Shown in pieces: positions 9,554-18,560 of a stretch of DNA of 64,000 bases. The translations under genes were made by a program, and so were the position numbers. Every line of letters begins with the position of its first letter. Position 1 is the stretch's first letter. The notes below the pieces were generated by a model. That model made no database searches. It was not told the origin of the DNA and saw only the letters and a program-made list of their open reading frames with translations. The stretch is from Candidatus Pacearchaeota archaeon (GTDB lineage: Archaea > Nanobdellota > Nanobdellia > Pacearchaeales > GW2011-AR1): NCBI GenBank assembly GCA_016866955.1, contig VGKT01000002.1, forward strand, positions 16,072 to 80,071. Reading direction: 5' to 3'.

Positions 9554-10531
9554 TTAGCCTTTAGGAGTAACAGTATACTTGAATCCGTAACGTTTAGTAT
9601 AGCGATTTAATTGCGCTTTGATCTCTTCACTCCCGATGTTACCTCGTAAAGAGTAGCGAGCAAAGCGACTATTTGCAGAATCTAAATGAACATGTGTTTC
9701 ATGATCTTTGTATCCATTTGTCATACTTTGAAATCCACTCAAAATACCTTTCATAGTATATGAAAGACCTTTCCCTCGTAAACCAGAAAGCTCAATTTCA
9801 AAAACACGATTAGAACGAAGCATTGTCTCAAGATGCTCTGCAGAGTTCAGGACTTGAGAAGCAATAAATTCATGAAAAAGATTTTCAGTAAATGACGGTT
9901 TCTCTAGTTGACTCTCCCGTGATGCTCGATCTTTAAGAGTTTTATTAAGTAATCCAAGATACAGTTCTCGATGACCTTGAGTAATAATTGCAGGAGTATA
10001 TCCTCGTTGTTCTAAAGCGAAATTTTGTACAAGACGAGCAGTTCTTCCATTTCCATCTCCATACGGGTGAATACGAATCAGTTCAATATGTGCTTGAGAA
10101 GCTCGAATAACAGGATGAATGTCCGTACGTTCATTTAAAAAATAACAAAGATTATCAATAGCAGAGAGAATACGTTCAGGAGGAATACCTGATAAATCTC
10201 CAAAAGTAACTTCCCCGCTTCTAAAATAACGAGCAATATTAGGACGAGGCTCAACGATACTTCCTAAAACAGCAAAAGTAGTTTTATCAAACCCATGTTC
10301 TGCAAGATATGCACGTGCTGAACTTAAATTTTTAATGTACTCTGAGCGTTTTTGCGCAACTTGCTTATTAGTAGGGCTATCCTCATTTTCAATTTCTAAA
10401 TTAGAAGAATGTTTATCAGAATCACGAATGAGGCCTGTAAATACTTCTCGAGCAAGACTACGAGAATATTCAGGATGCGTATTAATTCTCCCTATAGCTT
10501 CATCGATTTTTTTCAGAGTTTTATAAATCAT
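9554..10531 (-). CDS. Fic family protein
   Basis: HPYGDGNGRTAR matches the canonical HxFx(D/E)GNGRxxR motif. Confidence 0.92.
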   Translation of the reverse strand: MIYKTLKKIDEAIGRINTHPEYSRSLAREVFTGLIRDSDKHSSNLEIENEDSPTNKQVAQKRSEYIKNLSSARAYLAEHGFDKTTFAVLGSIVEPRPNIARYFRSGEVTFGDLSGIPPERILSAIDNLCYFLNERTDIHPVIRASQAHIELIRIHPYGDGNGRTARLVQNFALEQRGYTPAIITQGHRELYLGLLNKTLKDRASRESQLEKPSFTENLFHEFIASQVLNSAEHLETMLRSNRVFEIELSGLRGKGLSYTMKGILSGFQSMTNGYKDHETHVHLDSANSRFARYSLRGNIGSEEIKAQLNRYTKRYGFKYTVTPKG

Positions 10532-10594
10532 AAAGATTTGACCTAAAAACCCTATTTAAACCTTCCTATTTGTAACCTTTTAATAGTAACAACA

Positions 10595-11857
10595 CTAGCA
10601 AACCAATCGTTCACTGAACTCCCCCGCAACGTTTTCAAGCATTTTCTTTTCCAAATCTTTCTTCCATCCATAATGCCCGAGTATCCAACCCAACTTAACT
10701 AACGCCGTTTCAGCCAAGAGGTCTCCTAAAAATACCACCCCTGCATCAATAAGCTCTCGCCCGTTACTATACACGTACGGATCAACGCGCCCATTGATGG
10801 TTTGCGTCACACACCCGACAAAAAATCCTGCACGAATATGTTTTTTCAAGAGAGGAATCCAACTATTCCCTGATTCACTTACAGGTAAATGACCGAATCC
10901 GCTTGCTTCTACAATAATCCCTTTATATTTCAAAGCATAATAATCAAGAATATCAGGAGATTGCCCAGGATAAAATTTCACTAACGCAATCTTATCACTA
11001 CACACTGCATCAACCACACAAGGTTTGGTATGTCGAGGAGTAAATGAGCCAGTATACGTAACTCTATCGGGCCAGACCTTCGCAACAGGAACAGTATTCA
11101 CTGGTTGAAACGCATCTCTGCGAGAAGAATGTAATTTTCGCACTTTTGTCCCGAGCAATGCTTGACAATAGTCATCAGATTCGGTTGCGTGCCCCACCAC
11201 AAACACTCCAGCCGCTTTATCAATCACCATCCGAGCAGCACACTGGAGATTCAGATGTGCATCACTACTCGGGCGATCAATACTCCGCTGTGAATACGTT
11301 AACACCACTGGCTTCCCCAGATCTCGAAGCATAAATGAGAGAGCTGCAGCCGTATAATGCAAAAAGTCAGTACCATGTGTCACCACCACTCCCTGAATTG
11401 CAGGATCATTCACCAGGTTTCCTACTTCCTGCGCAATTAATTTCCAATGCTCGCTATCCATACTTTCACTCGCAATCTTAAACGGAATACGAATCACTTT
11501 CACCTCAACCATTTGAAATAATGCTGGATAATACTGTACGAAATCTTCGACAGAAGCCAAGGGTTTCACTCCCCCTGTCTTTGGATCCAGCACAGAAGCA
11601 ATCGTTCCCCCGGTAATCACCATCCCAATAACCGGTTTCCCAGAAGAGCGGCGAACAACAGAAGGAAGTTGAGAAACAGGAGCAGAACCAAGTACTTCTC
11701 CTCCTAAAATGTGATCAGCAGAAATACCAATATTATAGCCGCTTCCCAATTTCAATAAACAAATGCCCGGCTCATGACTTTCCAATACAGTACCTTCCAC
11801 TTCCTCTTGTGCAAGACGTAAGCGTACGCGATCTCCTGGTTTTCCTATAAAAGCCAT
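10595..11857 (-). CDS. gatD: Glu-tRNA(Gln) amidotransferase subunit D
   Basis: KLGSGYNIG N-domain, TGGTIAS, THGTD, SQRS.DRPSSD, KLHSSRRDAF. Confidence 0.96.
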   Translation of the reverse strand: MAFIGKPGDRVRLRLAQEEVEGTVLESHEPGICLLKLGSGYNIGISADHILGGEVLGSAPVSQLPSVVRRSSGKPVIGMVITGGTIASVLDPKTGGVKPLASVEDFVQYYPALFQMVEVKVIRIPFKIASESMDSEHWKLIAQEVGNLVNDPAIQGVVVTHGTDFLHYTAAALSFMLRDLGKPVVLTYSQRSIDRPSSDAHLNLQCAARMVIDKAAGVFVVGHATESDDYCQALLGTKVRKLHSSRRDAFQPVNTVPVAKVWPDRVTYTGSFTPRHTKPCVVDAVCSDKIALVKFYPGQSPDILDYYALKYKGIIVEASGFGHLPVSESGNSWIPLLKKHIRAGFFVGCVTQTINGRVDPYVYSNGRELIDAGVVFLGDLLAETALVKLGWILGHYGWKKDLEKKMLENVAGEFSERLVC

Positions 11858-11907
11858 ATCTTCCTACTATTGAGAAGGTTATAAAAAACTACGTATATAA
11901 AAGTAAG

Positions 11908-12321
11908 TTAATCCTTCTTACACCAAATCACATTGAGATAAGGGGGCCAGCTCGAACTTGGCAAAACAGTTACATGGGTAATCGGGGTTCTCCAACTTTT
12001 ATCTGAATTAGTCGTTTGAACCGACACATCATGCGCATGCACATCAGATCCACCCGTTCCCCCATAAGTAGCTGCACCTCGCGTAGTCTTGCCATCTAAA
12101 GCAGAAAATCGTGTCCAACCTGAAGGGCACGTCATATTAAACATAATAATTGCTCCAGAAGGAATACCTCCCAACGCACTCAATCCTTCTATTTCATTCG
12201 CACTATGTCCAAACACCGCAGGGTTAGCAGGGTTAGAATTATACGCCACTACTCCAACTACTAATAATAACAAAGCGAGTACAAAGAATCGTGTCTTTGT
12301 AATCATCACCTCCACTTTCAT
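11908..12321 (-). CDS. signal-anchored protein with phage tail-collar/tail-fibre-like C-terminus
   Basis: Signal/TM, AYNSNPANPAVFGHSANEIEGL, IPSGAIIMFN..CPSGW, GGTGGS.VHAH, PPYLNVIWCKK. Confidence 0.8.
   Translation of the reverse strand: MKVEVMITKTRFFVLALLLLVVGVVAYNSNPANPAVFGHSANEIEGLSALGGIPSGAIIMFNMTCPSGWTRFSALDGKTTRGAATYGGTGGSDVHAHDVSVQTTNSDKSWRTPITHVTVLPSSSWPPYLNVIWCKKD
12181..12272. repeat. 92-nt dispersed direct repeat, copy 1 (copy 2 at 16646-16737)
   Basis: 85/92 identical by manual alignment; encodes the shared N-terminal module. Confidence 0.9.
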
Positions 12322-12354
12322 AATTCAAAGGAGTAAAAGAACTATTTAAATGTT

Positions 12355-13848
12355 TTAATAGCTCTTAGCCCAATAGGCAAGAGTATATGTTTTTTCACCT
12401 GTTTGCACACATACTCCTTCTTTCGTTACTTCTTCAATTAAACGGGTTGTCGCTCCGTCAGTTGCATCCTTCAATTTCTTTTCAACACGAGGATCATCAA
12501 CCATATACACTTTGACTAATTTCCGTTCCTTAATCCCTTTTTGTAATTCTTTAAGAGAAGAAGCAGTTACAATTTGACTATCAAGGAAATGCTTCGCCTT
12601 AGCATATAAATCATGCTGAATAGTTTCCAATAATGTTTCAATATACGTTTTCACATTTCCTAAAGGTACTATTTCTTTCACACCTGTATCTCGGCGTATG
12701 ACCACTACCTGTTGTTTTGCTAAATCTTTTGGCCCTAATTCAACACGAACTGGAACCCCTTTCATTTCCCATTCATTAAATTTCCAACCAGGAGAATATC
12801 CTTCTCGATCATCAATTACAACAGAAAAGGGATGTAACGAATCACGTAATGCACGAGCTTGTGTAAGCACTTGCACTTTACTTTCATCAAATAAAATAGG
12901 AACAATAACGATTTGCTGTTTTGCCATTCGTGGAGGAATAACCAATCCTTTATCATCTCCGTGTACCATTACCAAACCCCCTAACAGACGTGTAGAAATA
13001 CCCCAGGAAGTCGGCCAAATTCCTTGTTGAACTCCTTGTTGATCTAAGAAAGAAATATTAAACGAGCGCGCAAATTCTTGTTTCAAAGAATGACTTGTTC
13101 CCATTTGCAATGCCTTTCCATCAGGCATAAGCGCTTCTACAGTCATACTCATATCCGCACCAGGGAACTTTTCAGCCGTACTCTTACGACCAGCTAATAC
13201 AGGAATTGCTAATTCTTGTTCGATCAATTTTTTATACGCTTGAAGCATTTCACGCATATTCGCTCGCGCTTCTTGTTGAGTCGCAAATGCACAATGTCCT
13301 TCTTGCCACAAAAACTCACGAGTACGCAAAAGAGGTTTCGTTTGTTTTACTTCCCATCGTATCACATTACACCATTGATTCAGTTTCATCGGTAAATCTC
13401 TCCAACTTCGTATCCATTTCGCAAATGAATCATAAATGATCGTCTCCGAGGTAGGGCGCAAAGCCAGTAATTGTCCCTGCTCTGTTCCTTTAATATAAGC
13501 AAGTTCAGGAGCAAATCCTTTTGCATGTTCCGCTTCCTTTTTGAAAAAAGAATCAGGAATTAAAAGTGGAAAATAAGCATTGTGCACTCCTTTTTCTGCC
13601 AAAACTGCATTGAAAGTAGTTTGAATGCGTTCCCATAAGGCATAGCCATTAGGTCTCAAAATCATAAATCCCTGAATAGGAGGATAATCAATCAATTCTG
13701 CCTTTTGAATAACTTGAGTATACCATTCAGAAAGGTCCTTAGATTTAGAAACCGAAAGCCCTTTTGTATCAACAGGGGTTTTGACAATCGATTCTGAAGG
13801 TTTCGATACTGTCGAAGATTTGATAGTACGTGCAGGTTTTCCACCCAT
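12355..13848 (-). CDS. proS: prolyl-tRNA synthetase, archaeal/eukaryotic type
   Basis: LRPTSET, RTREFLWQEGH, WGISTR, PGWKFNEWEMKGVP; start approximate. Confidence 0.97.
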   Translation of the reverse strand: MGGKPARTIKSSTVSKPSESIVKTPVDTKGLSVSKSKDLSEWYTQVIQKAELIDYPPIQGFMILRPNGYALWERIQTTFNAVLAEKGVHNAYFPLLIPDSFFKKEAEHAKGFAPELAYIKGTEQGQLLALRPTSETIIYDSFAKWIRSWRDLPMKLNQWCNVIRWEVKQTKPLLRTREFLWQEGHCAFATQQEARANMREMLQAYKKLIEQELAIPVLAGRKSTAEKFPGADMSMTVEALMPDGKALQMGTSHSLKQEFARSFNISFLDQQGVQQGIWPTSWGISTRLLGGLVMVHGDDKGLVIPPRMAKQQIVIVPILFDESKVQVLTQARALRDSLHPFSVVIDDREGYSPGWKFNEWEMKGVPVRVELGPKDLAKQQVVVIRRDTGVKEIVPLGNVKTYIETLLETIQHDLYAKAKHFLDSQIVTASSLKELQKGIKERKLVKVYMVDDPRVEKKLKDATDGATTRLIEEVTKEGVCVQTGEKTYTLAYWAKSY

Positions 13849-13891
13849 GCTCCTTATCAAGAAGGCCTACTTTATAAATCGTACCGAAAAA

Positions 13892-14046
13892 CGGCCCCAG
13901 GAAGAATCGAACTCCCGTTCTCAGGTTGCTTCGTATCGCACCACCGGGGTGATACGTCCTCCAAAAGGAGGATGATGCGTCAAGGAACCGTGGTTCCTTA
14001 CGCTACGCTCCGAAGCCTGATGTTCTATCCACTAAACTATGGGGCC
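13892..14046 (-). tRNA. tRNA-Arg(TCG) with 83-nt intron at 37/38 (intron 13927-14009)
   Basis: GGCCCCA/TGGGGCC acceptor, TCAGG/CCTGA anticodon stem, GTTCGATTC T-loop; BHB central helix CTTC/GAAG with GG|A and CA|A bulges. Confidence 0.93.
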
Positions 14047-14072
14047 TCACAAAACTACCTCATGCTCCCTTT

Positions 14073-15443
14073 TTAAACTTTGGACAAAGCTTGAAGAAGA
14101 AGCTTTCGAGCAAGAGTATAGTCTGCTCGCTTAGCACTCGCCTTCATAACCGCACCCATCAAAAAGTCAAGTGCTTTCACTTCTCCGGCTTTATAATCGC
14201 TTACTGCTTTCGGATGTGCATGCAATACAGAAGTGATAAAGCTCAAGAGCTGTTTTTCATCACGAATAGTGCTTTCAGCAACAGAAGGCATGCTACTCTG
14301 AGGATACCATGAGTTCAGAATTTCTTTCGCTTTCAAAGGAGTAAGTTTTCCACGTTGCACAAACTGTAAAAGTGCACTAAAATGAGCAGGTTGTATGTTC
14401 ACCTTTTCTAAAGAAACCTTATGATAGTTAAGAAAACGCAATAATTCAACCGTCACCCACGGAGCAGCGAACGCTCCATCAACTTCTTGTGCAACCTGCT
14501 CAAAAAAAGTAACCAAATCAATATCTGAAGCCAAGAGCTGTGCATCGCTCGAAGAAAGTTTATATTGCTTGACAAGTTTTGCACGTGTAGCATCAGGAGA
14601 TGCAGGTAATGCCGTACGAATATCGTGCACAAAAGATGAAACAAGTTCTAACACAGGTATATCAGGATCTGCAATAAATCGATAATCTGCAGCAGTTTCT
14701 TTCGAACGCATTACACTCGTTTTTCCTTTTACTGCATCCCATCGTCGAGTTTCTTCAACGTTCCCCCCTTCACGAGCTTGTCGTTCAAATTCAAACGCAA
14801 TAGCTTTTCCAATTTCATCAATACTATTAACATTCTTAATTTCAACACGTTTGCTAACACCAGGAATATTGATATTAACATCAACTTTGATACCAGCATT
14901 TGCATCAATTGCTTTCAAATAAGTAAGATGATGCACCAATTTTCCTAACCAGGCTTGCACTTCTTCTCCCGTTGAAAAATCAGGAGCAGTTACAATTTCA
15001 ACCAAGGGCAATCCTGAACGATTGTAATCTACGTTCCCGGTAGTCGGTTCCCAACTCGCAGGATCTTCTTCAAGATGCATCTCACTAATCTCAATCCCTT
15101 GAAAGGTGCCCTTAACACCCAAAGGAGTCGCGCCAGTCCCACTTAACGTCATCTGATATCCTTTTGGTAAATCAGGCCAGGCATAATGTTTTCGTATCCA
15201 AGGCATACGTGCATTCACCGTACATCCCAAGACCAAAGCAATTTGTACCGCTTTACGCACTGCTTCAAGATTCGGAGCACGAGGTTTTGCTCCTGGCTGT
15301 CCCGTACAGGTTGGACAAATCAACGTATTCGGAGCAAGCCCACGTTCACGTGAAGCAATACACGTACAAAACAATTTCTCACGTGTATTCAAATAACAAT
15401 GAATTTCAAGGCCAATCATTCCTTGAACCAGTTTCTGTTTCAT
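14073..15443 (-). CDS. gatB: Asp/Glu-tRNA amidotransferase subunit B
   Basis: GLEIH, RKHY.WPDLPKGYQ, HLEED, DYNRSGLPLVEIVTAPD, MRSKE...DYRF. Confidence 0.96.
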   Translation of the reverse strand: MKQKLVQGMIGLEIHCYLNTREKLFCTCIASRERGLAPNTLICPTCTGQPGAKPRAPNLEAVRKAVQIALVLGCTVNARMPWIRKHYAWPDLPKGYQMTLSGTGATPLGVKGTFQGIEISEMHLEEDPASWEPTTGNVDYNRSGLPLVEIVTAPDFSTGEEVQAWLGKLVHHLTYLKAIDANAGIKVDVNINIPGVSKRVEIKNVNSIDEIGKAIAFEFERQAREGGNVEETRRWDAVKGKTSVMRSKETAADYRFIADPDIPVLELVSSFVHDIRTALPASPDATRAKLVKQYKLSSSDAQLLASDIDLVTFFEQVAQEVDGAFAAPWVTVELLRFLNYHKVSLEKVNIQPAHFSALLQFVQRGKLTPLKAKEILNSWYPQSSMPSVAESTIRDEKQLLSFITSVLHAHPKAVSDYKAGEVKALDFLMGAVMKASAKRADYTLARKLLLQALSKV

Positions 15444-15520
15444 AAGTGTATACTAGTAAAGAGGTTATAAAAAACTATCCAGCACAACAGCGCCAATTCA
15501 ATTCATCTAAACCAAAAAAT

Positions 15521-16780
15521 TTAATTCTTCACACAAGTATACATGTTACTATATGCATTAGACGTTTTGTCTGAAGGTGTAGCATACGAAACACTATACA
15601 CAAGTTGAGTATAGCCGCTTGGACAACTAGTTGCTGGATTGACATCTTGGCACGCAGTTATAAGGAAAGTACCTGCAGTAGCTGCTGCATTACCCTGTCT
15701 ATAATACCCCATACCACACCATGTTCCGGCTGGGATTGATGCGCTTGATCCTGATCCACTTCCGCCACCTGCTGAACAAGAATAATATTCGAAATTGGTA
15801 TATGAAGGACTTGTATAGCTTGCGGTATAACAGTATGCACTATTTGAAGCAGTGACATCAACATTACCGTACACAGTTGTCCCACTTACTGTATGTCGAC
15901 AAAGTCCAGTTGCACCAGATGCATAAACTTGAGCACCGGTCATAGCGGTAGGACCAGTTGATTTCCAAGTACAAGCGCTTGATCCTGATCCACTTCCTCC
16001 ACTCACGCATCGGTATTTACTTGTTACAGCGTAGCCTCTATTCCCACTGCGGTCGGTGTTGCTTGATGCACCTGTTTGGCCTCCATGAGTAAGTTGGATA
16101 ACGACAAAAGAATCTCTTGCATCATCAGTACTCGTAGTCCACAAGAAATCTGAGTCAGCATTTTGAGCCGTTCCTGAAAAACTAAAATGGATTAGTTCAT
16201 CATCAGTAGGTAATCTCTTACCAGCATTCCGACAAGCACCAAAAGCTGCTGGAAAAGTCGCAGGACCAGAATCAACAGCATCCAGAATAAGTTCTGAAGA
16301 TGCGCTTGATCCTGAACCGCCTGAAATAATTGGTAAATACCATATTTTTGCAGGAGGAAGAACGGCTCCGCTAATTCTTTGTGCTTTCCAATACATATTT
16401 TTCTTAATAGGCATCGTAATAGAACTTTGAGAGTATGTTGAATCTCCAGAGGGAAATGCATCCGTGGGTGTAGCAGTAGTTCCTGTGAATAAATTCACTT
16501 GTCCAATTTGAACAGAATAAACAATAACAAATCCGTCATTTGGTGCTTGATACACAGTGTCATAAGCAAAATTTTTTTGATAATCACCAAATTGCAATGA
16601 TGAACCACTCGTTGATCCACTTCCCCCTGCAGCAATCAACGCACGCAATCCTTCAATTTCATCAATACTATGTCCAAACACCGCAGGATTCGCAGGGTTA
16701 GAATTATACGCCACTACTCCAACTACTAATAATAACAGAGCACATACAAAAAACCAACGTTTATTCACCCCTCGTTGCAT
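15521..16780 (-). CDS. modular signal-anchored adhesin-like protein (four modules separated by Gly/Ser linkers)
   Basis: Same N-terminal module as 11908-12321; YQAPNDGFV domain, AC...GKRLPT..EL (C-type-lectin-like), LCR..V.G...G.V...C (DM9-like), PAGTWCG..CPSGY..TCVKN. Confidence 0.8.
   Translation of the reverse strand: MQRGVNKRWFFVCALLLLVVGVVAYNSNPANPAVFGHSIDEIEGLRALIAAGGSGSTSGSSLQFGDYQKNFAYDTVYQAPNDGFVIVYSVQIGQVNLFTGTTATPTDAFPSGDSTYSQSSITMPIKKNMYWKAQRISGAVLPPAKIWYLPIISGGSGSSASSELILDAVDSGPATFPAAFGACRNAGKRLPTDDELIHFSFSGTAQNADSDFLWTTSTDDARDSFVVIQLTHGGQTGASSNTDRSGNRGYAVTSKYRCVSGGSGSGSSACTWKSTGPTAMTGAQVYASGATGLCRHTVSGTTVYGNVDVTASNSAYCYTASYTSPSYTNFEYYSCSAGGGSGSGSSASIPAGTWCGMGYYRQGNAAATAGTFLITACQDVNPATSCPSGYTQLVYSVSYATPSDKTSNAYSNMYTCVKN
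15741..15997. repeat. identical 23-nt linker repeats (15741-15763, 15975-15997); partial copies at 16299-16315 and 16613-16624
   Basis: GCGCTTGATCCTGATCCACTTCC read directly at module boundaries. Confidence 0.88.
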
Positions 16781-16800
16781 CAGTATCTTATCAAAAGGAA

Positions 16801-17790
16801 CTATTTAAAAGCTTTTGAAGCAAATGTCTGAGCCATTAATAAGGGAAATAAAAGGGTTGCATCCCCAAACACTTTCACATGCTTTCCTGGTTTCAATTTA
16901 CCCCAACTAATGGCCTCTTCAGGTAATGCTCCCGCATCACTCCCATCAAATTCTTGGGCCGTATTGATATATACTGCATATTCCGCCCCATTACGCAACA
17001 TTGCTGCATTCAACAATGCATGTTTAATCACTCCTGCACCCAAGATAACCAAACCTAAGTTTTGAAGCCCAATCGTCGCATCATTCAATCGTTGCGTATC
17101 CTTCGCAATATCAATCACTAGCTTCGGATGTTTGAACATACTAAAATACACATTATCTCCTAATGCCCCATCAGTCAATGCCGGACAGAATAATCGAATC
17201 CCCTGCTTCCACGCCCAGTAACAAATACTTCGTGTATCATTAATCTTCTTTCCCATCGCCCAGACAATATCACTAGGAGAAAGAGGAACTCCTGTTTTCA
17301 CACTTTCGGCATACAATTCATCCAATAACGGTTGAAACCATTTCTCAAATGCAACATATCGATTATTCGGTGCAAACACGTTACCAATACGATTAATACC
17401 CTTTGCACGAAGTTCTTTCCCCGAAGCATGAAAATCGCCGATATAAAAATCACCCAGACATTTGATAATATCTTCTTCAATCGCTCCTGCCGTACATACT
17501 CCCAAAGTAATATGCTGATGTTCAAACAAATAGCGAATACTCTCACGCACACCACTTGAGACCATATTACTCGTAAATCCAATAAAAATAGAAGCCTGTT
17601 CACTTCGCATCGTTTGCACAACCCCCACCGCATCAGCAAAAGCACTGGCCTGAAACCCGGTAGAGGCAAAACTAGCTAAAAGTTTCTCATAGTGCACACC
17701 CTCATTAAATTCATATCCTTTCACAGGAGTGCCCCCTACATCTGCACTTCTTCGCAATAAGTTTTTTCGAGCAATCTGTTCACGTTTCAT
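16801..17790 (-). CDS. dys: deoxyhypusine synthase
   Basis: TGFQA, TSNMVSSGVRE, EEDIIK, INRIGN, DGSDAGA.P.EAISWGK; start approximate. Confidence 0.96.
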   Translation of the reverse strand: MKREQIARKNLLRRSADVGGTPVKGYEFNEGVHYEKLLASFASTGFQASAFADAVGVVQTMRSEQASIFIGFTSNMVSSGVRESIRYLFEHQHITLGVCTAGAIEEDIIKCLGDFYIGDFHASGKELRAKGINRIGNVFAPNNRYVAFEKWFQPLLDELYAESVKTGVPLSPSDIVWAMGKKINDTRSICYWAWKQGIRLFCPALTDGALGDNVYFSMFKHPKLVIDIAKDTQRLNDATIGLQNLGLVILGAGVIKHALLNAAMLRNGAEYAVYINTAQEFDGSDAGALPEEAISWGKLKPGKHVKVFGDATLLFPLLMAQTFASKAFK

Positions 17791-17938
17791 CCAAAAAAGC
17801 ATATACTACAGTATATAAATCCATATCGTAAGGAACAAGAATAGAACTCCCCCTCCTCTTCTGCTTACTCGCCAAATATGCTTCTTAACTCACTTGCTGT
17901 ACAATAAATTAAAAAAAAAGAAAATAGAGTATTGTAGT

Positions 17939-18424
17939 TTATCGGAAAGTATTTATCCCAATCATGACGCTTCTTTCTTCATCTCTTGCTTTTGATAGTT
18001 TTCTACTTGCTTCAATCAAAACAGGATACATATTTTTAGCCATTCCTTCAGAATATCCCATACTCTTAAGAACCATAGAATAATCATCTTCAGTAAGTCT
18101 CTTTCCTTCATTCATTCCAAAATAAAGATGAGTTTCACTGACCTTTCTCTGTTCAGCTATATATCCAGATAAAATTTTACCTTCAGTTGGATAGTTCTCA
18201 CAGAATTTTTCTATCCCTTCAGCCATTCCTCTTGCTTTCTGTTCATTTTTTGTTTCAACTCTAGCATAAACTCTTTCTCCATTATATTCTCCATTTTCAA
18301 GACCTAAAGCTTTTCCAAGCTTTGGCTTTCCTCTTTTGAGCTTTCCACTCAAGCTAGAGATTGGAATATCTATTCTATCCCAAGCAATCAATTCGAGAAT
18401 TCCGCGTTCCATTTTTTCATCCAT
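17939..18424 (-). CDS. hypothetical protein, AT-rich, SD-led
   Basis: 161-aa ORF with GGAGGGG SD; divergent from TrmB. Confidence 0.75.
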   Translation of the reverse strand: MDEKMERGILELIAWDRIDIPISSLSGKLKRGKPKLGKALGLENGEYNGERVYARVETKNEQKARGMAEGIEKFCENYPTEGKILSGYIAEQRKVSETHLYFGMNEGKRLTEDDYSMVLKSMGYSEGMAKNMYPVLIEASRKLSKARDEERSVMIGINTFR

Positions 18425-18494
18425 TATAACTCCCCTCCTTTCATTTCTTTATCTTCGTTTTTCATATGTGAGAAAACAAAAAAAGCTATATAAT

Positions 18495-18524
18495 TTTATG
18501 AGGTGAAATTTATCACCTCATAAA
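18495..18524. promoter_or_regulatory. perfect 12-6-12 palindrome, candidate TrmB operator
   Basis: TTTATGAGGTGA-AATTTA-TCACCTCATAAA between two divergent TATA-like elements. Confidence 0.8.
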
Positions 18525-18560
18525 GATAATAATTATAAACTCAAAATATCTAATTATAAC

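Noticed and set aside
11908-12321. Provirus suggested by the tail-fibre-like gene
   Set aside because: The gene has a signal anchor, is flanked by gatD and proS, and no capsid, terminase or integrase gene is nearby.
13927-14009. Box C/D guide RNA in the tRNA intron
   Set aside because: No RUGAUGA or CUGA on the intron sense strand.
15521-16780. Diversity-generating retroelement target (C-type-lectin-like module)
   Set aside because: No reverse transcriptase and no template/variable repeat pair with adenine-specific mismatches in the window; a remote DGR cannot be excluded.
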